Of a stretch of DNA of 64,000 bases, positions 54,995 through 63,659 are shown piece by piece (the first letter of the stretch is position 1; each line of letters begins with the position of its first letter). The stretch comes from a virus. Its lineage: Duplodnaviria; Caudoviricetes. The position numbers were made by a program, and so were the translations under genes. A model generated the notes under the pieces. That model saw only the letters and a list, made by a program, of their open reading frames with translations, was not told the DNA's origin and did not search any database. The DNA is taken from IMG/VR virus record IMGVR_UViG_3300033076_000375, positions 96,001-160,000 of that record, one strand, 5' to 3'.

Positions 54995-57337
54995 ATGAAC
55001 AACATCAACGTAATTAAGCGTGATGGGACAAGCGTCCCTCTAGATATCTCGAAGATACAACGACAAGTAAGTTACGGGTGTAAGGGCATCGATAACGTTA
55101 GCCCAAGCATGATTGAAATTAAAGCTCAGATTGAACTTCATGACGGAATGTCAACTAAGACAATCGATGAATTGTTACTAAAGGCAATGGTCAACTTAAT
55201 TGATGAATCTGAAAACCCAGATATTAACAATGTAAATTATCAATATGTAGCAGGAAGACAAAAAGTTTCTATGCTACGAAAAGAAGTATATGGTGATTAT
55301 ACTCCACCGAAGCTATATGACATTGTTAAAAAGAACGTAGAGAACAAAGTTTACTCCCCTGAATTGTTAGAATGGTATTCAGAAGATGAATGGAATATCA
55401 TTGACTTATTCATTGACCATAGCAAGGACGAAAATTATACCTATGCGGCTATCGCCCAATTGGCAGAAAAGTACTTAGTGCAGAACCGTGCTACTGGTCA
55501 AATCTTTGAGACTCCTCAAGTACGTTACGCAATCGCAGCCGCCACTGCTTTCCATGCAGAGCCAAAAGACAAGAGATTAAAGTATGTTAAAGATTATTAT
55601 GAATGTGCTAGTGACGGTCATTTCACACTTGCAACACCTGTTCTCGCTGGTCTTGGCACGCCTACTAAGCAGTTTAGTAGTTGCGTTCTCATCAGTGCTG
55701 ATGACACTTTGGATTCTATTTTCGCAGCCGGAGAAATGATGGCTAAGTATGCCTCTAAGAGAGCAGGCATTGGTTTAGAAATTGGGCGTATCCGCCCAGT
55801 AGGCGCACCTATTCGTAATGGTGAAATTAAGCATACAGGTCTCATTCCATTCTTGAAGAAGTGGTTCGGTGACTTGCGTTCATGTTCACAAGGTGGTATT
55901 CGTAACGCAAGTTGTACAGTTACATTGCCTGTATGGCACTATCAGTTTGAGGACTTTATCGTTCTAAAGAATAATCAAGGTACTGATGAAACTCGTGTAC
56001 GTCAGTTAGACTATTCAGTAGTAGTTAATAAGATGTTCTGGAATCGCTATCGCAACAATGAAAACATTACATTGTTCGATCCGCATGAAGTTCCAGACTT
56101 GTACGAAGCATTCTATCGTGATACAGAAGAATTCGAAACTCTTTACAAGCACTATGAACACAAGCGTGGCATCAAAAAGAAAGTATTGCCAGCAGTTGAA
56201 ATCTTCAAGAACGGTATCTTAAAGGAACGTACTGATACAGGTCGTATCTACTTAGTTAATATCGATAACGTAATGAATCAAGGTCCGTTCGACACCAAGT
56301 TCGATCCGATTTATCAGAGTAATCTATGCCAAGAGATCCTATTACCTACAAAGCCTTTCCAACGTATTGAAGATGAAGCAGGACGTATTGCTTTATGTAC
56401 ATTGGGCTCAGAGAACTGGGGCGCATTTAAGAACCCACAAGAAATGCGTAAGAGTTGTAGAGTATTAGTAAGAAGTTTAAGTAATCTCCTTAGCTATCAA
56501 GACTTTCTATCCGTACAAAGTCGTTTAGCTAACTTAGACTTTGAACCTCTCGGTATAGGCATTACCAACTTAGCTTACTGGCATGCAAAACGTAACTTGC
56601 GTTATGGATCACCAGAAGCATTAGCAGAAGTTAAACGTTGGATGGAACATCAAGCATACTATCTAATTGAAGCCTCTGTTGAACTAGCACAAGAAAAAGG
56701 TGCATGTCAAAAGTCAGCACAAACATTCTATGGTAAGGGTGTATTCCCTTGGGAGCGTAGAGCAGAAGGTGTTAACGAACTAACAGACTTCACCCCAAGT
56801 GAAACATTAGATTGGGAATCTTTGCGCCAGAAACTATTGCAATACGGTATTCGTAATGCTACACTAATGGCTGTAGCGCCAGTAGAGTCCAGCTCAGTTG
56901 TGTTAAACTCCACCAACGGAATTGAAATGCCGATGGAATTGATTTCTGTGAAGGAATCGAAAGCTGGATCGTTTGTACAGGTTGTACCTGAATACAAACG
57001 TTTGAAGTCACGTTATCAATTAATGTGGGATCAAAAAGATTGTGTAGAGTACTTAAAGACAGCGGCTGTTCTAGCAGTATACATTGACCAGTCATTATCA
57101 ACTAACACATTCTATAACCCTGCATATTTTGATGGCGGCAAGGTACCTGCTACACTTATCAGCAAGAACTTAATGCTTGCTAGTAAGTGGGGTATCAAGA
57201 CTATCTATTACTCATTGATTAATAAGATGGGTGCTAAGGCTGCAATGAATCAGGAAGACAATGTTATTCCATTCGTTAAGCAAGAACTTGTTGAATTGAT
57301 GGATGACATGGATGACTGTGAGGCATGTAAACTATGA
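54995..57337 (+). CDS. nrdA: Ribonucleoside-diphosphate reductase class Ia alpha subunit
   Basis: ATP cone (VIKRDG), SSCVL, NLCQEI, ALCTL, TIYY pair and C-terminal CEAC. Confidence 0.97.
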   Translation: MNNINVIKRDGTSVPLDISKIQRQVSYGCKGIDNVSPSMIEIKAQIELHDGMSTKTIDELLLKAMVNLIDESENPDINNVNYQYVAGRQKVSMLRKEVYGDYTPPKLYDIVKKNVENKVYSPELLEWYSEDEWNIIDLFIDHSKDENYTYAAIAQLAEKYLVQNRATGQIFETPQVRYAIAAATAFHAEPKDKRLKYVKDYYECASDGHFTLATPVLAGLGTPTKQFSSCVLISADDTLDSIFAAGEMMAKYASKRAGIGLEIGRIRPVGAPIRNGEIKHTGLIPFLKKWFGDLRSCSQGGIRNASCTVTLPVWHYQFEDFIVLKNNQGTDETRVRQLDYSVVVNKMFWNRYRNNENITLFDPHEVPDLYEAFYRDTEEFETLYKHYEHKRGIKKKVLPAVEIFKNGILKERTDTGRIYLVNIDNVMNQGPFDTKFDPIYQSNLCQEILLPTKPFQRIEDEAGRIALCTLGSENWGAFKNPQEMRKSCRVLVRSLSNLLSYQDFLSVQSRLANLDFEPLGIGITNLAYWHAKRNLRYGSPEALAEVKRWMEHQAYYLIEASVELAQEKGACQKSAQTFYGKGVFPWERRAEGVNELTDFTPSETLDWESLRQKLLQYGIRNATLMAVAPVESSSVVLNSTNGIEMPMELISVKESKAGSFVQVVPEYKRLKSRYQLMWDQKDCVEYLKTAAVLAVYIDQSLSTNTFYNPAYFDGGKVPATLISKNLMLASKWGIKTIYYSLINKMGAKAAMNQEDNVIPFVKQELVELMDDMDDCEACKL

Positions 57338-57522
57338 TTAAACTAGACGCATACAATATTTCATTTATGTTAATGGACGCATGGAGAAAGTTCGCTATGC
57401 GTTCTAGTGGAGCAGGTGAGAAGTTAGGTCAAGTACCTACATACGTTGAAGTAAACGGTGAACTAAAAACTGTCATTGATGTTGATAGTTCAGGTGACAA
57501 AATCATTTTAAAAACAGAATGA
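57334..57522 (+). CDS. Hypothetical protein (62 aa)
   Basis: ATGA overlaps at both ends. Confidence 0.7.
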   Translation: MIKLDAYNISFMLMDAWRKFAMRSSGAGEKLGQVPTYVEVNGELKTVIDVDSSGDKIILKTE

Positions 57523-57698
57523 ATAATATCGATAAACAGATAAGAGAGGTTCTTCTCTCTTATAGTATTACAACACCTGTTGAGATTGAAGAAGAGGCAA
57601 AGCCTTACATATTGACTGCTTTAACTAGTCCTGATGTAGATAAAGTTTATGTTGATGATGAAGGTGGATTATGTATAGAATATTTAGGTGAAGAATGA
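57519..57698 (+). CDS. Hypothetical acidic protein (59 aa, below the track cutoff): MNNIDKQIREVLLSYSITTPVEIEEEAKPYILTALTSPDVDKVYVDDEGGLCIEYLGEE
   Basis: Manual translation; fills the gap exactly, with ATGA overlaps to the preceding ORF and to nrdB. Confidence 0.75.
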   Translation: MNNIDKQIREVLLSYSITTPVEIEEEAKPYILTALTSPDVDKVYVDDEGGLCIEYLGEE

Positions 57699-58795
57699 GT
57701 AAAGAACAATACAATTTAAGTAAACAAACAAACTATCTACAACGTCAAATGTTCCTGGACCCTGAAGGTCCTGTAACAGTACAACGATTTGAAGAAGTTA
57801 AGTATCCCAAGCTACAGAAGTTTGAAGAAATGGCTCGCGGCTTCTTCTGGGTTCCAGAAGAAATCTCATTAACCAAAGATAAGATTGACCACAAGGAGGC
57901 ATCAGATGCTATTAAGCATATCTTTACTAGTAATCTTTTGCGCCAGACTGCTTTGGACAGCATACAAGGTCGTGCGCCAAGTCAAGTCTTTGGCCCCGTT
58001 TGTTCGATTCCGGAACTTGAAGCACTTACACTTACTTGGGGTTTCTTTGAAACTAGCATTCATTCCAAAAGCTATAGCCATATTATTAGGAATGTCTACG
58101 GCGTACCTAAGGATGAATTCAATAAAATTCACGACACCCAAGAAATCGTCGGGATGGCAGCGAACGTTGGACGCTATTACGAAGACCTTCACCAACTTAA
58201 TTGTAAGAAGGAGCTCGGCCAGGACGTGGATAAAATGGAGCATAAGAAGGCAATATGGTTGGCTCTACACGCCAGTTACGCACTTGAAGCGCTCCGCTTT
58301 ATGGTTTCATTTGCTACAAGTTTGGCAATGGTCGAGAATAAGATTTACATAGGCAACGGGAATATCATTTCGTTGATTTTGCAAGATGAGTTATTACATA
58401 CAGAATGGACGGCATGGCTTATTAACCATGTCACCAAAGACGATCCAGACTTTGTACAAATACAGACTGCTACGCACAATGAAGTATATCGTATGTACAT
58501 GGACGTTATTAACGAAGAAAAAGCGTGGGCTGAGTATCTCTTTAAAAAAGGAGTCGTCATTGGTCTTAACTCAGAGATCCTTAAAGATTTCGTTGACTAC
58601 ACTGCTTTCCAGAAGCTCAAGGATATCGGTATCAAGTACCAAGAAAATCATCCGAAGTCCAGTCCTATCCCTTGGTTCAATAAGCATGTCAACATCAACA
58701 AAAAGCAAACGGCACTTCAAGAAAACGAATCCACCAACTACGTCATCGGGGTCATGTCAGACGCCGTAGACTTTGACGAACTACCAGTACTATAA
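57695..58795 (+). CDS. nrdB: Ribonucleoside-diphosphate reductase class Ia beta subunit
   Basis: FFW.PEE, QTALDSIQ, E..IHSKSY, LEALRFMVSF, DELLH and the C-terminal Q.A.QE.E..Y motif. Confidence 0.96.
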   Translation: MSKEQYNLSKQTNYLQRQMFLDPEGPVTVQRFEEVKYPKLQKFEEMARGFFWVPEEISLTKDKIDHKEASDAIKHIFTSNLLRQTALDSIQGRAPSQVFGPVCSIPELEALTLTWGFFETSIHSKSYSHIIRNVYGVPKDEFNKIHDTQEIVGMAANVGRYYEDLHQLNCKKELGQDVDKMEHKKAIWLALHASYALEALRFMVSFATSLAMVENKIYIGNGNIISLILQDELLHTEWTAWLINHVTKDDPDFVQIQTATHNEVYRMYMDVINEEKAWAEYLFKKGVVIGLNSEILKDFVDYTAFQKLKDIGIKYQENHPKSSPIPWFNKHVNINKKQTALQENESTNYVIGVMSDAVDFDELPVL

Positions 58796-58806
58796 GGAGA
58801 AAATAT

Positions 58807-59037
58807 ATGAAAGCAATCGTATGGAGTAAAGAACAATGCCCTTACTGTGAAATGGCTAAACAGTTATTAACATCAAAGGGAATTGAATTTGAAGAAAAGA
58901 AAATCGGAAGTGGTTATACTAAAGAAGATTTATTGAATGCAGTCCCGACTGCACGTTCAGTACCACAAGTATTCTTAGACGACCAATTGATTGGCGGCTT
59001 CCCCGAACTAAAAACACGTTTAACAGAAAGCGAATAA
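58807..59037 (+). CDS. nrdC: Glutaredoxin (T4 NrdC-like)
   Basis: CPYC, RSVPQVF and IGGF; SD AAGGAG. Confidence 0.93.
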   Translation: MKAIVWSKEQCPYCEMAKQLLTSKGIEFEEKKIGSGYTKEDLLNAVPTARSVPQVFLDDQLIGGFPELKTRLTESE

Positions 59038-59351
59038 TGCAACACGAATATGGAATCAACGAAGGTGTAGTATACACATTCAAATTTAACTCAGGTGAAG
59101 AAATGATTGGTAAAGTCTCTGCACTATTACAATCAAACTGGTTCGAGGTATCTGAGCCATTGTCGGTTGCACCTAACGCTAAGGGCATGGGTCTAATCCC
59201 TAGTCTATTTACTAGCGATCCGTCAAAACCTGTGAAGATAAATATGAATAGTCTCGCAATGTATTGCGAAGCCGATGATGCTATCAAAATGAAGTATCTA
59301 GAGGCTACAACAGGAATTCAAGTTCCTGAGAAGAAAATCTTAGTAGGATAA
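59037..59351 (+). CDS. Conserved phage protein, probable Sm-like fold
   Basis: TFKFNSGEEMIGKV..VSEPL..Y.EATTGIQVP. Confidence 0.55.
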   Translation: MQHEYGINEGVVYTFKFNSGEEMIGKVSALLQSNWFEVSEPLSVAPNAKGMGLIPSLFTSDPSKPVKINMNSLAMYCEADDAIKMKYLEATTGIQVPEKKILVG

Positions 59352-59352
59352 T

Positions 59353-59634
59353 ATGGCAAAGTTAAGTCGTAAGGGAGATACAAATCAAGTAGGTGGCGCC
59401 ATCATGCGCGGCGCCGGAACTGTATTCGCCAATGGCATCCCTGTCGGCTTACATGTCAGTCAAATTACTCCACACGCACCGTGGGGTAGACCACATCCCC
59501 CGCATCATGCGGCAACAACTACACAAGGATCACCGACAGTATTTGCTGAAGGTGTTCCTGTTCTTAGAGTAGGATCAGGCAACAGTTGCGGGCATAGTAT
59601 CGCACAAGGTTCACCTGACGTTAATGTACCATGA
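59353..59634 (+). CDS. PAAR-motif baseplate spike tip protein (T4 gp5.4-like)
   Basis: LSRKGD, TVFANGIPV, GSPTVFAEGVPVLRVG, SCGH and GSPDVNV; His/Cys metal ligands. Confidence 0.92.
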   Translation: MAKLSRKGDTNQVGGAIMRGAGTVFANGIPVGLHVSQITPHAPWGRPHPPHHAATTTQGSPTVFAEGVPVLRVGSGNSCGHSIAQGSPDVNVP

Positions 59635-61643
59635 GTTATAACGGTAAGCTAACCCCATTAACCACAAATGTATTAAGTTCATTCTTAATCAATTCCGGTT
59701 TACAAATCAATGCAAATGCAGTTAAGTATATGGGTTCTTGCTCGGCACCAACAAGTTATACACCGGGCACAATCGTAACTGATACATATCTAAGCCCCTT
59801 AGTAACTGCAATTAATTTAGCGTACACAAAGCTACAAGCAGGTCAACTAAGTAGCGAATTATACACGAACATCACTAGTATCGGTAGTCAGTCAATACCT
59901 GCTCTTGGTAATAGCAAGCCTTCAACATACACTCGCACGTATACAGGTGTTACTGCACGTAACGGCTTTTTGGGATTAATTCCATATCAAGCGTATAATG
60001 AGTTTTATCTTACTTCAGGTAAGTATTCTGATTTCTTAAAGACATTTACGGCTTGCAATTCCACAGCACAACTTCACAATAGTTCAATCACTGCGATGAC
60101 ACTTGCTAAGAGTTTCTTGAGTGGAACATATAGTAATATGAATGACCTGATAACTAGTGATATCACTGGAGTCAGTTTATCGACACTGTATTGGGGACAG
60201 GATTTAATAGCATCTGGTAAAGCTATCGATTTAGCAACTATTGATAAATTCGGTGACCCTGTAAACTTGCTTAGAACTATCAACAAATACAGAGCAACAT
60301 CAACTGGTCTCAATGTTGCATTACTTGCTGTTGGAATGACTAGTACTGAGTTAGAGCAAATCTATAATGGCAAAGAACCAACTGTTGAACAACAACGTTT
60401 ATTATACGGTTGTTTCAGTGTAGTAATGGGAGAAGATTTGCAAGATATCTTAACACCATTGAACATTCAAACAAAAGATTTAGAAACACTTGCTGATTTG
60501 TTGAACCCAAAGAAACTGTTCCCTAACAGTTTTCAAACATTGACATATCCTGAATACAACATCACAAGCAAACCAACTAATAGCAAAACTTATCATTTAT
60601 TGTATAAGAACGGTGAAGTAGATATAAAGTCAGGCTCCATCGGTATTAGATTAACTAACATTTTACCTTCTGACATCGCTTATGCGTGTGGTGCATTAAG
60701 TATGGCTATGATGCAAATCAAAAACATCAAGTCGATGAATATTGAGAAGTTCAGTCAAGTAGTTGCTAATTTAGAACCCGTATCTGACTTGGGTGTAAAT
60801 GGATCAGCGGTCCCTACTGATACTGCTTCGGTTGCGTCTGCATTGCCATTAATGGCAAAAGGTTCAAACAGTGACGGCACATATAACATGTGCGACTTCT
60901 TTGGATCAATGACTGACCTTCATTATGACTGGGCTTCTTTACAAGCTCAAATCAAATCACTTCAAACAGTTACATTAAGAACTGCATATGAAAACATGGT
61001 TACTATGCTAAATCAATCTAGCAATGATAACTATTTGTTGTTACAAAATTACATTACAGCAGCCAATACTGAAATAAGTAGAATATACAACGCACAAACA
61101 GCAGTAGCCAATAAACTGAATACACTTTATAATACATTCGGAACATACTTACAAAAAGAACAAGACGCTAGAGACTTAGCGTTAACATCAGATTTAACAA
61201 CAATAACATCAACCACAACTGATGTTACATTGTTTGTATCAAATATTGGGTCCCTAAGCGCCCAAACAGAACTAAAAGGACCTGCAAGGGTACTTGAAAA
61301 TATTGCAAACACTAATACCATAGGAGGAAAAAGTTTAAATGCATCAATGCGTGAGGCAAGAAACGCAATGAAATTAAGTTTGACCGGAGCTGTTCAAGAT
61401 AATGAAATATCTAGCAATGCTCTTGTCACTGCACCCGTTACAGGATCTATGACTAGCTTAGGAGTCCCGATAGTAACAGGTGCCGCAGTTGTTCCGGGCA
61501 GTTTAGCGGGAAGTCCTGAAACAACTCTTATTCCGCCAAATCTCAGTATTTTTAACACACCTTCTAATACTAAGGCGGTCTTGAAACCTAGCGAAGCAAT
61601 CGAATCGGTAACGATTTGCAACTGCGATTGCTGGGACAAGTAA
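59631..61643 (+). CDS. Hypothetical 670-aa protein, probably virion/baseplate associated
   Basis: ATGA-coupled to PAAR; no family recognised; ends CNCDCWDK. Confidence 0.6.
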   Translation: MSYNGKLTPLTTNVLSSFLINSGLQINANAVKYMGSCSAPTSYTPGTIVTDTYLSPLVTAINLAYTKLQAGQLSSELYTNITSIGSQSIPALGNSKPSTYTRTYTGVTARNGFLGLIPYQAYNEFYLTSGKYSDFLKTFTACNSTAQLHNSSITAMTLAKSFLSGTYSNMNDLITSDITGVSLSTLYWGQDLIASGKAIDLATIDKFGDPVNLLRTINKYRATSTGLNVALLAVGMTSTELEQIYNGKEPTVEQQRLLYGCFSVVMGEDLQDILTPLNIQTKDLETLADLLNPKKLFPNSFQTLTYPEYNITSKPTNSKTYHLLYKNGEVDIKSGSIGIRLTNILPSDIAYACGALSMAMMQIKNIKSMNIEKFSQVVANLEPVSDLGVNGSAVPTDTASVASALPLMAKGSNSDGTYNMCDFFGSMTDLHYDWASLQAQIKSLQTVTLRTAYENMVTMLNQSSNDNYLLLQNYITAANTEISRIYNAQTAVANKLNTLYNTFGTYLQKEQDARDLALTSDLTTITSTTTDVTLFVSNIGSLSAQTELKGPARVLENIANTNTIGGKSLNASMREARNAMKLSLTGAVQDNEISSNALVTAPVTGSMTSLGVPIVTGAAVVPGSLAGSPETTLIPPNLSIFNTPSNTKAVLKPSEAIESVTICNCDCWDK

Positions 61644-61644
61644 C

Positions 61645-61662
61645 AATGATTATCTAATCATT
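61645..61662. promoter_or_regulatory. Perfect 8-2-8 inverted repeat AATGATTA-TC-TAATCATT (candidate operator)
   Basis: Intergenic, just upstream of the AAAGGAG SD of the hydrolase gene. Confidence 0.4.
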
Positions 61663-61683
61663 ACAATCAGAAAGGAGTCAATT

Positions 61684-62310
61684 ATGACCTACAAGAGCAT
61701 CGTTAAGATGTTTCTGTTGTTGCCTATAATTGTTTTTGGGTTATGTTCAGCATCACCCAAACCGCAGCAGCAAGAAATTGAGCAACCACAAGTTGCCAAA
61801 GAAGTAGATAAGAAACAGCTACAATGTCTAGCTGACAATATCTACTATGAAGCAGGTGGTGAACCCATTGAGGGTAAAGCAGCCGTAGCTCGTGTTGTAC
61901 TCAACAGAGTCAATCACGGGTTTGCAAACACACCATGCAACGTTGTTTATCAAACAACCAAAGTAAAACAAATCAACGAAGAAACAGAAGAAACATTCTG
62001 GGTAAAAGTTTGCCAATTCTCATGGGTTTGTGAGGGGAAGAAAAACCCAAATCGTGATAGTCATCGTTACCAAACTAGTTTACAAGTAGCTAAGGATGTG
62101 TTACAATATGACAAGTATAAAGAAGTAATACCCAAATCAGTATTGTTCTTCCACAATACGAGTGTCAAGAACACTTATCCACATACAGTGGTAAAGCGTA
62201 TTGGTAATCATATATTCTATCATAAGAAACATGGCAAATCTAGCAAAAAGTCCGGACAGAGGTTCGTTCAGCATGAGCAGTTATCAGGAAAGAATCAAGG
62301 TGAATCCTGA
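61684..62310 (+). CDS. SleB/CwlJ-like cell wall hydrolase with an N-terminal hydrophobic segment
   Basis: CLADNIYYEAGGE..GKAAVARVVLNRV, C.VVYQ, CQFSW and IGNHIFY. Confidence 0.92.
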   Translation: MTYKSIVKMFLLLPIIVFGLCSASPKPQQQEIEQPQVAKEVDKKQLQCLADNIYYEAGGEPIEGKAAVARVVLNRVNHGFANTPCNVVYQTTKVKQINEETEETFWVKVCQFSWVCEGKKNPNRDSHRYQTSLQVAKDVLQYDKYKEVIPKSVLFFHNTSVKNTYPHTVVKRIGNHIFYHKKHGKSSKKSGQRFVQHEQLSGKNQGES

Positions 62311-62806
62311 TGACACCAATGCCCAAGACATGATTGACTTCCAACTAGATTGGAATAGACAGAGAGAAGAACTGGAAAAGACTGTTGAGTGGCAGACTGA
62401 CAACATGGAATATGATTTGCGTACAAGTGAAGCCTTAGTTGCTAAAGTTAAGGCTAGGGAAGAATATGCTCAAAACTTGTACGCAGCCATGTGTAACAAT
62501 GACTTCATTAAGAATGAGCCATGGAATATCTTACAAGAGAAAACATGGTCAGCAAGTTGGCGCAGTGCCGGTGGCATTGTTGCCCACATGCGTGGCGAAG
62601 GTGACTATATTGATTGGTATTGTTCTGGCATTCATAATGACTGGAACGATGAAGAATACAACAACGCAACCAAAGAAGAACAAGAACGTTATATTTGGAT
62701 AAAGAATAACTTTGTAGGTGAGGGTCGTATCACAGACGAAGTTAAAGAAGATTTATTTAAATTGGGCTGGATTGTTCAAGAAAATAAAGGCTACCCGCTA
62801 GATTGA
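62231..62806 (+). CDS. Hypothetical phage protein (likely start ATG 62231, MANLAKSPDRG)
   Basis: YAQNLYAAMCNN..SWRSAGGIVA..GDYIDWYCSG block; the track's TTG start at 62201 is less plausible. Confidence 0.75.
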   Translation: MANLAKSPDRGSFSMSSYQERIKVNPDDTNAQDMIDFQLDWNRQREELEKTVEWQTDNMEYDLRTSEALVAKVKAREEYAQNLYAAMCNNDFIKNEPWNILQEKTWSASWRSAGGIVAHMRGEGDYIDWYCSGIHNDWNDEEYNNATKEEQERYIWIKNNFVGEGRITDEVKEDLFKLGWIVQENKGYPLD

Positions 62807-62816
62807 TACATACTTA

Positions 62817-63659
62817 ATGACCTATAACCTAGAAGAACAACTTAACGAAATTAAAGACCATTGTTTACTCACTGATACTAAAAACGGTGAGATGCTTATC
62901 TACAAATATGATAACATCATTAGCTATGCTATTCACTTGTACGGTGAATACTGTGATGCAGAGGTAGAAATTATGTGCAAGTATCTAAACGAAGATAGCT
63001 TGTACTTGGATATCGGAACCAATATCGGGTATCACGCACGTGCTGTTGCACAACGCTCTAAGAGTATGGTTCTTGCTTTTGAACCACATCTTACACATTT
63101 CACAGTAGCCGCATATAACTGTCAAAACACACAAGTTAAACTATACAACGCCGCAGTTGGAAAAGAGCCCGGCGTACTTAAAATCTCTGACTTTAACTTA
63201 GATGATTCATCTAACTTTGGTACTGTTGCTATCAAAGACGAAGGTACTATTGAAGTTCAAGTTATCCCAATCGACCAACTAGAACTTGAAGTATGTACTG
63301 TTATGAAGGTTGATACTGAGGGTCAAGAACTTAACGTACTCAAAGGTGCAGAGAATACTATCAACAAGTGCCGCCCTGTCATTATGTGTGAAGCTGTCGA
63401 GGGTGAAAGTGATTGGCGTAGTGTTGCTGACCATTTAGTATCTAAAGACTATAAGTTATACTGGATTGCGGTTAGAACATGCCCTATTCGAGGAAATTAT
63501 AAGAACTCAACTGAGAACCCATTCGGTAACTCAGGTGTAACTAACTTGTTAGCAGTTCCTAAAGAAAAAGAGCAACCAGACTATCTGCTAGAAGTTAACG
63601 GGCATGAAGCGTATAATGATATGCTCACTAGACTGCAAAAGATTCAAATGGTGTTCTAA
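62817..63659 (+). CDS. FkbM-family SAM-dependent methyltransferase
   Basis: YGEY, LDIGTNIGYH, AFEP and MKVDTEGQELNVLKGA. Confidence 0.9.
   Translation: MTYNLEEQLNEIKDHCLLTDTKNGEMLIYKYDNIISYAIHLYGEYCDAEVEIMCKYLNEDSLYLDIGTNIGYHARAVAQRSKSMVLAFEPHLTHFTVAAYNCQNTQVKLYNAAVGKEPGVLKISDFNLDDSSNFGTVAIKDEGTIEVQVIPIDQLELEVCTVMKVDTEGQELNVLKGAENTINKCRPVIMCEAVEGESDWRSVADHLVSKDYKLYWIAVRTCPIRGNYKNSTENPFGNSGVTNLLAVPKEKEQPDYLLEVNGHEAYNDMLTRLQKIQMVF

Noticed and set aside
54995-58795. Introns, inteins or homing endonucleases in nrdAB
   Set aside because: Both proteins are of normal length and continuous; the intervening ORFs lack HNH, GIY-YIG or LAGLIDADG motifs.
61684-61750. Lipoprotein signal on the hydrolase
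   Set aside because: VFGLC is not a canonical lipobox; a signal peptide or membrane anchor is more likely.
6219-62702. Short alternative-frame + strand ORFs inside structural genes (V/A/E/Q-rich)
   Set aside because: Frame-shifted readings of Gly/Ala-rich codons, short and unsupported. Only the nrdB case showed a frame-specific signal.
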